Positions 43,447-51,723 of a stretch of 62,802 bases of DNA are shown here, one piece after another. The notes below the pieces were generated by a model. It was not told the origin of the DNA. It did no database searches and saw nothing but the letters and a program-made list of their open reading frames with translations. The stretch lies in contig CAYPNI010000005.1 of the NCBI GenBank assembly GCA_964411925.1, forward strand, positions 1-62,802. The letters run 5' to 3'. A program made the translations under genes and the position numbers. This DNA is from an uncultured Nitrospirales bacterium (GTDB taxonomy: Bacteria > Hydrogenedentota > Hydrogenedentia > Hydrogenedentales > GCA-2746185). The stretch's first letter is position 1. Each line of letters starts with the position of its first letter.

Positions 43447-44634
43447 ATGACAAACACCGATGGCAAGCCTTGCGGCCCACTCGTGGGTGTTCGCGTGCTC
43501 GATTTCTCGAGTTTTATCGCCGGGTCCTACGCTGCGCAGTATCTCGGCGATCTCGGCGCGGACGTGATCAAGATTGAATCGCTGCAGGGCGATGCGGCGC
43601 GCTTCTGGGGGCCGTTTCTCGCCGGCGAGAGCCGGTTTTTCCAGGGTTGGAACCGCAGCAAGCGCAGCATCGCCGTGGATCTGCAGAGCGCGGCGGGCCG
43701 CGAGGTGCTGTATCGCTTCGCGCGCGAGGCGGACATCGTGGTGGAGAATTTCCGGCCGGGCGTGGTCGCGAAACTCGGCATCGACTACGATTCGCTCAAA
43801 AAACTCAACCCGCGGCTCATCTATCTTTCAATCACGGCGTTTGGAACCGTCGGCCCGTATGGGAATCGGCCCGGCTACGACCCGATCCTGCAGGCACTCA
43901 GCGGCGCCGCGAAGGGCAACCTCCGGTATTGCGCGAGTGTCGGCATCTGTTCGGTCGCAATCTCCGACTTTGGTTCCGCACTCATTGGCGCGAGCGGCCT
44001 GCTCGCCGCGCTCTATCATCGAGAGCGTACGGGTGTTGGGCAGCGCGTCGAGACGTCGTTGCTCCAGGCCGCGATGGCGCTGCAGTCGCACATGTTCATC
44101 AAGGCGCTCGAACGCGAGGAGGAGCCGCCCTTCGGAATCTTCCCCTACAACTTTTACGAGACCGAGGACGACATCATCTTTCTTGCCATCGGCACCGACC
44201 GGTTCTGGCAGCTACTGTGCGAAGGCATCGGCGCGCCGGAACTCGCCGCCGACCCGCGCTACAAGACGAATCCGCAACGCGTCGAGTGCAAAGAGGAACT
44301 GACGCGGGCCATCGTGGAAAAACTCAAGACGCGCACCACGAAAGAATGGGAGAGCATTCTGCTCGCCAAAGGCGTCCCGTGCGCGCCCGCGCAGACGTAC
44401 GAAGAGTTTTTCGAGGATCCGCAGGTCGCCGCGATGAGCATGGCGCACATCGTCGAGCATCCGAAAATCGGGCCCATGAAGGTCTCCGGCGTGCCGGTGC
44501 ATATGAGCGAGACCCCCGGGGCCGTCCAATGCGCCCCGCCGACACTGGGGCAGCATACGGACGAATTGCTGAGCGACGTGGGATACACGCCGAACGACAT
44601 TGCCAGACTGCGGCGGGAGGGCGCGGTGAGATGA
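43447..44634 (+). CDS. CaiB/BaiF family III CoA-transferase
   Basis: GVRVLDFS..IAG, LGADVIKIE, NRSKRSIAVDL, VENFRPG, GYDPILQA, ISDFG, PTLGQHT. Confidence 0.93.
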   Translation: MTNTDGKPCGPLVGVRVLDFSSFIAGSYAAQYLGDLGADVIKIESLQGDAARFWGPFLAGESRFFQGWNRSKRSIAVDLQSAAGREVLYRFAREADIVVENFRPGVVAKLGIDYDSLKKLNPRLIYLSITAFGTVGPYGNRPGYDPILQALSGAAKGNLRYCASVGICSVAISDFGSALIGASGLLAALYHRERTGVGQRVETSLLQAAMALQSHMFIKALEREEEPPFGIFPYNFYETEDDIIFLAIGTDRFWQLLCEGIGAPELAADPRYKTNPQRVECKEELTRAIVEKLKTRTTKEWESILLAKGVPCAPAQTYEEFFEDPQVAAMSMAHIVEHPKIGPMKVSGVPVHMSETPGAVQCAPPTLGQHTDELLSDVGYTPNDIARLRREGAVR

Positions 44635-46922
44635 TGCGGCGCGGGACAAGGACAGCGGCTACGCTTGGATTGTGGGCCGCACTTTGCGCGGGTAGCGCCG
44701 CAGCATCGCATCCGGAATGGATGCCGGTGGAGGAAGGCGAACCGCGCGCACGGATCATCGTTGCGGACGACTGCGCCGCGGCGGAGCGCTTCGCCGCCGA
44801 GGAACTGCAGCGCTGGTTGCGCGAGATGAGCGGCGCCGAGATCCCGATCGTTTCCGCCCGGCGACTCTCGCGCCGGGGCGACATCCTGATTGGGGGCGCG
44901 GCCGTTTCGAAGGGCCGCACGCGCGCCATTGACATCGAAGCGCTCGGCGACGAGGGATACGCGGTTCGCTCGCGGCGCGGGCGCGTGGTCATCGCGGGCG
45001 CCAGTCCGCGCGGAACGCTCTACGGCGTCTACGCGTTGTTGGAGGAGGACCTGGGCTGCCGCTGGTTCTCGCCGGACGTGAGCACGATCCCGCGCACATC
45101 GACTATCGCCGTGCCCGCGCCGCATCACACGCATGTACCCGCGCTCGAATACCGCGAGCCCTTCACGCGCGACTGCCAGGACGGCGACTGGGCGGCCCGC
45201 AACCGGATGAACAGCAGCGCGGCGAGCCTGGAGGAGCGGCACGGCGGCAAGGTGACGTACTTCGGCTTTGTGCACACCTTCGAGTCGCTCGTGCCGCCGG
45301 ATACGTATTTCGACGAGCATCCGGAATACTTCTCGCTCGTGAACGGCAAGCGGCTCAAGGTCCGCTCGCAGTTGTGCACGACGAACGAGGACGTGATTCG
45401 CATCATCACCGAGGAAGTCCGCAAACGCATGCGCGAGCATCCCGAGGCGCGAGTGTTCTCCGTGTCGCAGAACGACTGGTACAACTACTGCGAGTGCGAC
45501 CGCTGCACGGCCATGGCCGAGGCGGAGGGATCGCAGATTGCCCCGGTCCTGCACATGGTCAATCGCGTGGCGGACGCCGTGCGCGACGAGTTTCCCGACC
45601 AGCTCATCGACACGCTCGCCTACCAGTGGACGCGCAAACCGCCGCGCACGATGCGCCCCGCGCCGAACGTCGTCGTGCGCCTGTGCAGCATCGAGTGTTG
45701 CTTCGCGCATTCGTTCGAGGCCTGCGACAGCGCCGAGAACCGCGCGTTCGTCGAGGACGTCAAAGGCTGGTCGACGATGTGCGACCGGCTCTGGGTCTGG
45801 GACTACGTTACGAGTTTCGGACACTACCTGACCCCGTTCCCGAATCTACGCGTGCGCGGCGACAACATCCGCTTTCTCGCGGCGCACAACGTCACCGGGA
45901 TTTTCGAGCAGGACGTGTACACGACGCGGAACGGTGAGCTGTCGGGCCTGAGCGGGTACATGGGCGCGAAGCTGCTGTGGAACCCGGACTACGATGACAA
46001 CACCGCGATGACGGAGTATCTCGGCTGCGTGTACGGTTCCGCCGCGAAACCGATCCGCGAGTACATCGACCTCATTCACGACTTTGTCGAACGAGAGAAC
46101 GTGCATGTGATGATCTGGGCGGGACCGTCGGAACCCTACCTGACGGATGAGCTGCTCGAGCGCGCGGATCGCCTGTGGGACGACGCGGAACGGCTGGCCG
46201 CGGGCGACGGCGCGGACGTGCTCGCGCGCGTGCAGACCGCGCGGCTCAGCGTCGATTACGCGATCATCGAGCGCGCGCGGCAGCGCGGCGACCGGCCGTA
46301 TCGCGTGGACCACGCGACGTACACCGTCACGCCGGACCCGGCGTTTCGCGCACGGACGGACCGCTTCTTTGCCGTCGGTGAACGCAGCGGGATTGAGAGC
46401 CTGCGCGAATCGAGCCATACGCTCGCGGACTACGGCAAATTGATCGCTCCGATGATGAGCGAGGTGACGCTCGAGCCGCGCGGCGCGGCCAAGGTGGGCG
46501 AACTGAAACCCGGGCTGCGGTATGAATACTACGAGCTGGCGCTCGACGCGGAGCCGGACTTCGGCGCGATGACACCGGAAACCAGGGGCATCACGCCGGT
46601 CGTTTCGCTGGAACCGTCGCCCACGCGCGATCCGATGGCGCTGCAATTCCACGGATATTTCCTCGCGCCGGCGGACGGCGTCTACACCATGGGAACATTT
46701 TCCAACGACGGCAGCATGGTCTACATTGGCGATACGCTGGTCGTGGACAACGGCGGCAAGCACAGCGCGCTCGGCCAATCGGGGTTCATCGCGCTCAAAC
46801 GCGGATTTCATCCGCTGCGGCTGACGTACTTCGAGAGCGGCGGGAGCGAGGCCCTCGAATTCTATTTTGCGGGTCCCGGCATCGAGCGGCAACTGGTGCC
46901 CGCGTCGGCGCTCTGGCATTAA
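44631..46922 (+). CDS. Secreted DUF4838-domain protein with N-terminal GH20b/alpha-glucuronidase-like and C-terminal PA14 domains
   Basis: ATGA coupling to the upstream stop; signal peptide; RGTLYGVY.LLE..LGCRW, HPEYFSL, QLCTTNE, SQNDW, LAYQWT, VWDY; PA14 motifs SNDGS..YI, DNGG.H, LTYFE.GG. Confidence 0.85.
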   Translation: MMRRGTRTAATLGLWAALCAGSAAASHPEWMPVEEGEPRARIIVADDCAAAERFAAEELQRWLREMSGAEIPIVSARRLSRRGDILIGGAAVSKGRTRAIDIEALGDEGYAVRSRRGRVVIAGASPRGTLYGVYALLEEDLGCRWFSPDVSTIPRTSTIAVPAPHHTHVPALEYREPFTRDCQDGDWAARNRMNSSAASLEERHGGKVTYFGFVHTFESLVPPDTYFDEHPEYFSLVNGKRLKVRSQLCTTNEDVIRIITEEVRKRMREHPEARVFSVSQNDWYNYCECDRCTAMAEAEGSQIAPVLHMVNRVADAVRDEFPDQLIDTLAYQWTRKPPRTMRPAPNVVVRLCSIECCFAHSFEACDSAENRAFVEDVKGWSTMCDRLWVWDYVTSFGHYLTPFPNLRVRGDNIRFLAAHNVTGIFEQDVYTTRNGELSGLSGYMGAKLLWNPDYDDNTAMTEYLGCVYGSAAKPIREYIDLIHDFVERENVHVMIWAGPSEPYLTDELLERADRLWDDAERLAAGDGADVLARVQTARLSVDYAIIERARQRGDRPYRVDHATYTVTPDPAFRARTDRFFAVGERSGIESLRESSHTLADYGKLIAPMMSEVTLEPRGAAKVGELKPGLRYEYYELALDAEPDFGAMTPETRGITPVVSLEPSPTRDPMALQFHGYFLAPADGVYTMGTFSNDGSMVYIGDTLVVDNGGKHSALGQSGFIALKRGFHPLRLTYFESGGSEALEFYFAGPGIERQLVPASALWH

Positions 46923-46935
46923 CGCGCGGGTTTCG

Positions 46936-46971
46936 ATGGACGGTATGGACGGAATGGACACGATGGACTGG
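46936..46971 (+). repeat. Four tandem 9-bp ATGGACNNN units (in-frame Met-Asp-X) at a gene start
   Basis: ATGGACGGT ATGGACGGA ATGGACACG ATGGACTGG; ATGs at 46936, 46945, 46954 and 46963. Confidence 0.85.
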
Positions 46972-48273
46972 CCCGTACGGTTGACGCGCCGACGGTTTTT
47001 GAAAGGCGCGCTCGCGGGCGCGGCGGGGCTCGCGTTCACGCCCGCCCGCCGTGCATCGGCCGCGCGCGTCGGACCGAACGACACGGTGCGGCTCGCGCTG
47101 ATCGGCTGCGGCGGCATGGGCCGCGCGCACGCATACTCGCTGGCGTTCCAGGACGGCTGTGAACTCGCCGCGATCTGCGATGTACACACGGGGCGCTACG
47201 AAGAGGTTGTCAAGAACGTCACCACAATCTACACCGAGCAGCGCGGCATGAAGAACCGGAAGCCGCGCGGATTCCAGGATTTCCGCCGCGTCCTCGATCG
47301 GCACGATATCGACGCGGTGTTCCTTGCCACGCCCGATCACTGGCACGCGATCATGACCATCATGGCGTGCCAGGCCGGCAAGGACGTGTACGTCGAAAAA
47401 CCCGCCTCGACGACGGTGCAGGAGGGCCGCGCGATGGTCGAGGCCGCGCGGCGTTACGGCCGGGTGGTGCAAGTCGGCACGCAGCAACGGTCGATGCCGG
47501 TCTTCCACGAAGCGATGAAGATCATCCACAGCGGGGTGCTGGGTCCGATCACCACCGCGACCGCGTGGATCGGCACGAACTTCATCGGCGAGACGATGAC
47601 GACTGCGCCGGTACCCGAGGGACTCGACTGGGACCTCTGGCTCGGCCCCGCGGCGGACGCGCCGTACTCGCCCGAGCGATTCGGCGCGTTTCGCGGCTGG
47701 CACGAGTACGCGCGCGGCGGCGAACTGACCAACTGGGGCGTGCACCTCGTCGACATCCTGCATTGGGGCATCGGCGAAGACGCGCCGCTCAGCGTGCAGG
47801 CGGTCGGCGGCAACTACATCGCCGGCGGCGGCGCGGACAACTACGAAGTCGTCGACGCGCTGTTCGAGTATCGCGGCTGCACGCTCACCTGGGAACAGCG
47901 GCACACGAATTCGCACGCGGGCCTCGGCTATGGCATGAAATTCCAGGGACCGAACGGGCATCTCGCATGCGATCGCGGGCGGATGATGGTCGAGCCGGAG
48001 AAACTCGGCATCGGCACCGTGATGTTCCCGCCGGAAGTGACCTGGGCGGACAAGAACCATCACCAGAATTTCTTCGACTGCGTGCGCACCCGCCGCCGGC
48101 CCGCGGCGGACATCGAGCAGGGCCACCGCTCCACCACAGCCGTGCTGCTCGCGGGCATCGCACTGAAGTGCAACCGATCGCTGCAATGGGACGCGGCGCG
48201 CGAAGCGTTCATCAACGACCCGCAGGCCAACCGCCACCTCTCGCGCACCTACCGTGCGCCGTGGCATCTGTAG
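46936..48273 (+). CDS. Gfo/Idh/MocA family oxidoreductase with Tat signal peptide
   Basis: TRRRFLK Tat motif; IGCGGMG, ATPDHWH, GKDVYVEKP, VQVGTQQRS, WDLWLGP, TNWGVHLVD. The start could be any of four in-frame ATGs. Confidence 0.92.
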   Translation: MDGMDGMDTMDWPVRLTRRRFLKGALAGAAGLAFTPARRASAARVGPNDTVRLALIGCGGMGRAHAYSLAFQDGCELAAICDVHTGRYEEVVKNVTTIYTEQRGMKNRKPRGFQDFRRVLDRHDIDAVFLATPDHWHAIMTIMACQAGKDVYVEKPASTTVQEGRAMVEAARRYGRVVQVGTQQRSMPVFHEAMKIIHSGVLGPITTATAWIGTNFIGETMTTAPVPEGLDWDLWLGPAADAPYSPERFGAFRGWHEYARGGELTNWGVHLVDILHWGIGEDAPLSVQAVGGNYIAGGGADNYEVVDALFEYRGCTLTWEQRHTNSHAGLGYGMKFQGPNGHLACDRGRMMVEPEKLGIGTVMFPPEVTWADKNHHQNFFDCVRTRRRPAADIEQGHRSTTAVLLAGIALKCNRSLQWDAAREAFINDPQANRHLSRTYRAPWHL

Positions 48274-48279
48274 GCCGGA

Positions 48280-50352
48280 ATGCGCGCGATGTCTCGACTC
48301 GCGATTCTCGCGGCGGCGTTTTCATTGGCCATCTCCGCCCACGCACAGCGTCATGGCGATTTGCTGGGAATGCTGCGGAGCGGCGACGCCAAACAGCGCG
48401 CGCTTGCGCGCCAATTGTTGCCGCGCGAAAACGTCGAAATCGTCCATGACGTCTTGCCCGTGCTCGCGCACGAGAACGAAGCGATCTGGCGGACGGCGTC
48501 GAACGTGCTTGCCGATTTCGCGAACGAGGTTTCATCGCCGGGGCGCGAGGCGGACCGGCGCCATGTCGCGCACGAAATGCTCGCGCGGCTCGCCGCGAGT
48601 CCGGGCCGGGACGAAGCGGCCCGGCTCCTGAATCTCGTTCATCTCGTGTTGCCGGACGGCGCGGACGTCGCGCCAATCGCCGCATACCTGAGCGACGAAT
48701 CGCTTCGCATGAACGCGCGCGACGCGTTGCAGCTCGCGGGGACGGCCGAGTCATGCGCGGCACTCCGATCGGCCCTTCCGGCTGCGCAAGGGACGTTCGC
48801 GCTGGCGCTGATGGATTCGCTGCGATTGTTGCGTGATCCAGACGCGGTAGACGTGCTCGCAGCGCGATTGGACGATCCCGACCCTGCGATACGTGCCGGC
48901 GCAGCGCGCGCGCTCGCGTGGACCGGCGACGCCGACCTCGTTGACCGGTTTCAGCGCGTCGTTAAGAACGCGCCCGGCGATCAGTACGTCGAATCCGGGG
49001 ACGCGCTGCTGGCGCTGGCGGACGCCATGATGGCCAACGGCGGCCAGTTCGACCGCGCGCTCGAGGTGTACCGGTGGGCGCTCGACAACCTGGACGGGCC
49101 GGTACTCCGCGGCGCGGCGATCGCGGGCCTGGGGCGCCATGGAGACGAGCGCGTGGTGCCGTCGATCGTGGACGCCGCGCGCAACGGCGACTCGGGCGTG
49201 CTGGACCACGCGGCGCTCGAGGCGCTCGCCGTGCTGCAAGGCGAAGCGGCGAGCAAGGCGCTGTTAGCGGCACGTGACGAACTGTTCAAACAATTCGGCG
49301 CCTCGGTGTACAGCGTCTACGGGCGGCGAGGCGACGCGGTGTTCACCCCGCTGCTGACTGACGCCCTTACGACGGGCGACATGTACGCGAAGCATGTCTC
49401 CGCACTCGCGCTGCTGGACTCGAATCGCGCGGACGGCGTTCGCGCGGTCGCGCATTACGCGCTCGAACTCGATGACGAACCGCGCGCGCAATTCATCGAC
49501 GCATTGGAGCTCAAGGCGGCGGCGTATCGCCGGGACGGTCGCGCCGACGCGGCCGGCGCGGCCTACGCCGGACTGTATCGCCTCGCGTCCACCGACCAGG
49601 CGCGGCGTTTCGCGCTCGACGGCATGATGCGTTTCCCGACGGACGACGCCTTCGAAATCGTGAAGGACTTCGTCGATCAGGACGATTTCGCCTCGTTTCC
49701 CGTGCCCTTTCTCGCGGGAATCGCGCGCGCGTTGCGCGATGCGAACCGCACTGAGGAGGCCGCACGCGTGCTCGACGCGCTGTTGCCACGTCTCGCAACG
49801 CCGGAGGACGTCCGCGCGTTTCTGGAGACTGCGCGCGCTGCGGGTACGCAGGCGGCGGCCGAACTCGGATTCGTCCTTGACTGGCGCGTCATTGGACCGT
49901 TCCCGTGGTCGGCCGCGGCTGGTTTTGGTGAGAACCCTATCGGAGCGCCCGAAGTGGACACGGCCTCGATGCTGCGGGCGGGCGATGGAACCGAACGGAG
50001 CTGGATCCCCGCGCGCGGGAGTGATGTTGACGGTCTCGTCAATTTGATCGGAGTGCTGGGCGAACACTCCAACGCCGCGGCGTACGCATATGCCGAAGTC
50101 GTCGCAGCTGAGGCGGGTGACTACGTATTGCGGCTTGGCAGCGACGACGGCGTCAAGGCGTGGATCAACGGCGTAGTTGCACACGAGCATCACGTCGACC
50201 GGGGTCTGGTCGCCGATCAGGATCAGGCGGCCATCAAGCTGAACGCCGGCACGAACCGGCTGTTGCTCGAAATCACGCAGGGCGGGGGCGGATGGGCCTT
50301 TTGCGCGCGGGTGACTCGGCCCGATGGGACGCCCGTCCCGGTATCGAAATAG
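48280..50352 (+). CDS. Secreted HEAT-repeat protein with C-terminal carbohydrate-binding-like beta-sandwich
   Basis: Signal peptide ending AHA-Q; HEAT-PBS repeats (DPDPAIRAGAARAL, LRGAAIAGLGRHG); C-terminal WRVIGPF...AYAYAEV...LRLGSDDGVKAWING...LNAGTNRLLLEI. Confidence 0.7.
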   Translation: MRAMSRLAILAAAFSLAISAHAQRHGDLLGMLRSGDAKQRALARQLLPRENVEIVHDVLPVLAHENEAIWRTASNVLADFANEVSSPGREADRRHVAHEMLARLAASPGRDEAARLLNLVHLVLPDGADVAPIAAYLSDESLRMNARDALQLAGTAESCAALRSALPAAQGTFALALMDSLRLLRDPDAVDVLAARLDDPDPAIRAGAARALAWTGDADLVDRFQRVVKNAPGDQYVESGDALLALADAMMANGGQFDRALEVYRWALDNLDGPVLRGAAIAGLGRHGDERVVPSIVDAARNGDSGVLDHAALEALAVLQGEAASKALLAARDELFKQFGASVYSVYGRRGDAVFTPLLTDALTTGDMYAKHVSALALLDSNRADGVRAVAHYALELDDEPRAQFIDALELKAAAYRRDGRADAAGAAYAGLYRLASTDQARRFALDGMMRFPTDDAFEIVKDFVDQDDFASFPVPFLAGIARALRDANRTEEAARVLDALLPRLATPEDVRAFLETARAAGTQAAAELGFVLDWRVIGPFPWSAAAGFGENPIGAPEVDTASMLRAGDGTERSWIPARGSDVDGLVNLIGVLGEHSNAAAYAYAEVVAAEAGDYVLRLGSDDGVKAWINGVVAHEHHVDRGLVADQDQAAIKLNAGTNRLLLEITQGGGGWAFCARVTRPDGTPVPVSK

Positions 50353-50361
50353 CGACCGCCG

Positions 50362-51723
50362 TTAAATCCCCGACAGGTAGCCGAGTTCACCGGTGCTGTC
50401 GCCCAGCGTGTCCGCGGGCACGCCCATGCGATCGAGCAACGAGACGTAAAGATTCGTCATCGGCGTCTCGAGCGGATAACGCACATGGCGGCCCGGCGTG
50501 ATCGTGCCGCAGCCCCGTCCCGCGATCAGCACAGGCAAGTCGTCATGGAGATGCGAGTTTCCGTCGCTGAGGCCGCTGCCGTAAATCAGCATGCAATGGT
50601 CGAGCAGCGTGCCGTCGCCGTCGGGTGTGGACGCCAGTTGATCGAGAAAATACGCGAACTGCTCCATGTGGTGTCTGTTGATCGCGCGGATTTTCGCGAC
50701 CTTTTCCGGATCCTTGAGGTGATGCGAGAGTTCGTGGTGCCCGCCCTCCGCCCCGATCTCGGGATACGATCGGTTGCTGCCTTCGCCGCCGATCATGAAC
50801 GTCACAACGCGCGTCTGGTCGGTCTGAAGCGCGAGCACCTGCATGTCATACATGAGCCGGGCGTACTCGACGAATTCTTTCGGCACGCCGTCGGGCGTCT
50901 CACCCACCGGCCCGCGCGATTCCGCCGCGAGGTTCTCCGCGAACTCGATCCGTTTTTCGATCTTGCGCACGGAGTACAGGTATTCGTCGAGTTTGCCGCG
51001 ATCGGTCGGGCCGAGCTTGCGCATGAGCCGCTGCGTGTCATCCGACACGAAGTCGATGATGCTCTTGCGGTACGCGCGGCGGCGGGCGATGTCCGCGGCG
51101 CTCTCGTCTCCGCGCGACGCGCCGAACAACCGCTCGAAGACGTGCCGCGGGTTGTGCTCGGGTGGGTTGGGCGTCTGCGGCGTGCGCCACGAGATGCTGT
51201 TGCTGTACGCGCAGCTATAGCCCGAGTCGCACGAGCCCGCCTGCCGCCCCGGTTCGCACGTCAATTCGAGCGACGCGTAGGGCGTTGCGTCCTCGAGCGC
51301 TGCTGCGGCGATCTGATCGACGGATATGCCGCACTGAATGTCCACCCCGGCCGTCTTCTTCGGGTGCACGCCGGTGAGATACGACGCCGCGGCGCGCGCG
51401 TGGTCCCCCGCGCCGTCGCCGAGCGCCCGGCCGTTGTTGTGCGTAAGTCCGCTCAGGACCAGGATGTTCTCACGGTGGTTCGCGAGCGGAGCAAGCGTCG
51501 GCGGCAGTTCAAACGCCGCGCCCTCGGCCGCGGGAAGCCAGTTCTCCATCGCGACGCCGTTCGGCACGTAGGTGAACGCCATGCGCAGCGGGGATTTCGG
51601 GACTGCGGACGTCGGCGCCGCGAACGCGGGCGTCATCGCGTCGAGCAGCGGCAGGGATAGCGCCGCGCCCACTCCGCGCAGGAACGTCCGCCGATCCAGC
51701 TTGCCGCCCGTAATCGGTTTCAC
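50362..51723 (-). CDS. DUF1552 (HXXSHH) domain protein
   Basis: RRTFLRG.GAALSLPLLDAM, YVPNG, SVDQIAA, GYSCAY...ISW, HHELSHH, YGSGLSDGN.H..DLP; GTG overlaps the upstream TGA. Confidence 0.92.
   Translation of the reverse strand: MKPITGGKLDRRTFLRGVGAALSLPLLDAMTPAFAAPTSAVPKSPLRMAFTYVPNGVAMENWLPAAEGAAFELPPTLAPLANHRENILVLSGLTHNNGRALGDGAGDHARAAASYLTGVHPKKTAGVDIQCGISVDQIAAAALEDATPYASLELTCEPGRQAGSCDSGYSCAYSNSISWRTPQTPNPPEHNPRHVFERLFGASRGDESAADIARRRAYRKSIIDFVSDDTQRLMRKLGPTDRGKLDEYLYSVRKIEKRIEFAENLAAESRGPVGETPDGVPKEFVEYARLMYDMQVLALQTDQTRVVTFMIGGEGSNRSYPEIGAEGGHHELSHHLKDPEKVAKIRAINRHHMEQFAYFLDQLASTPDGDGTLLDHCMLIYGSGLSDGNSHLHDDLPVLIAGRGCGTITPGRHVRYPLETPMTNLYVSLLDRMGVPADTLGDSTGELGYLSGI

Noticed and set aside
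46936-46971. Short tandem repeats as a possible CRISPR array
   Set aside because: Units are 9 bp with no unique spacers and there are no cas genes. I found no CRISPR-like repeat-spacer array in the window.
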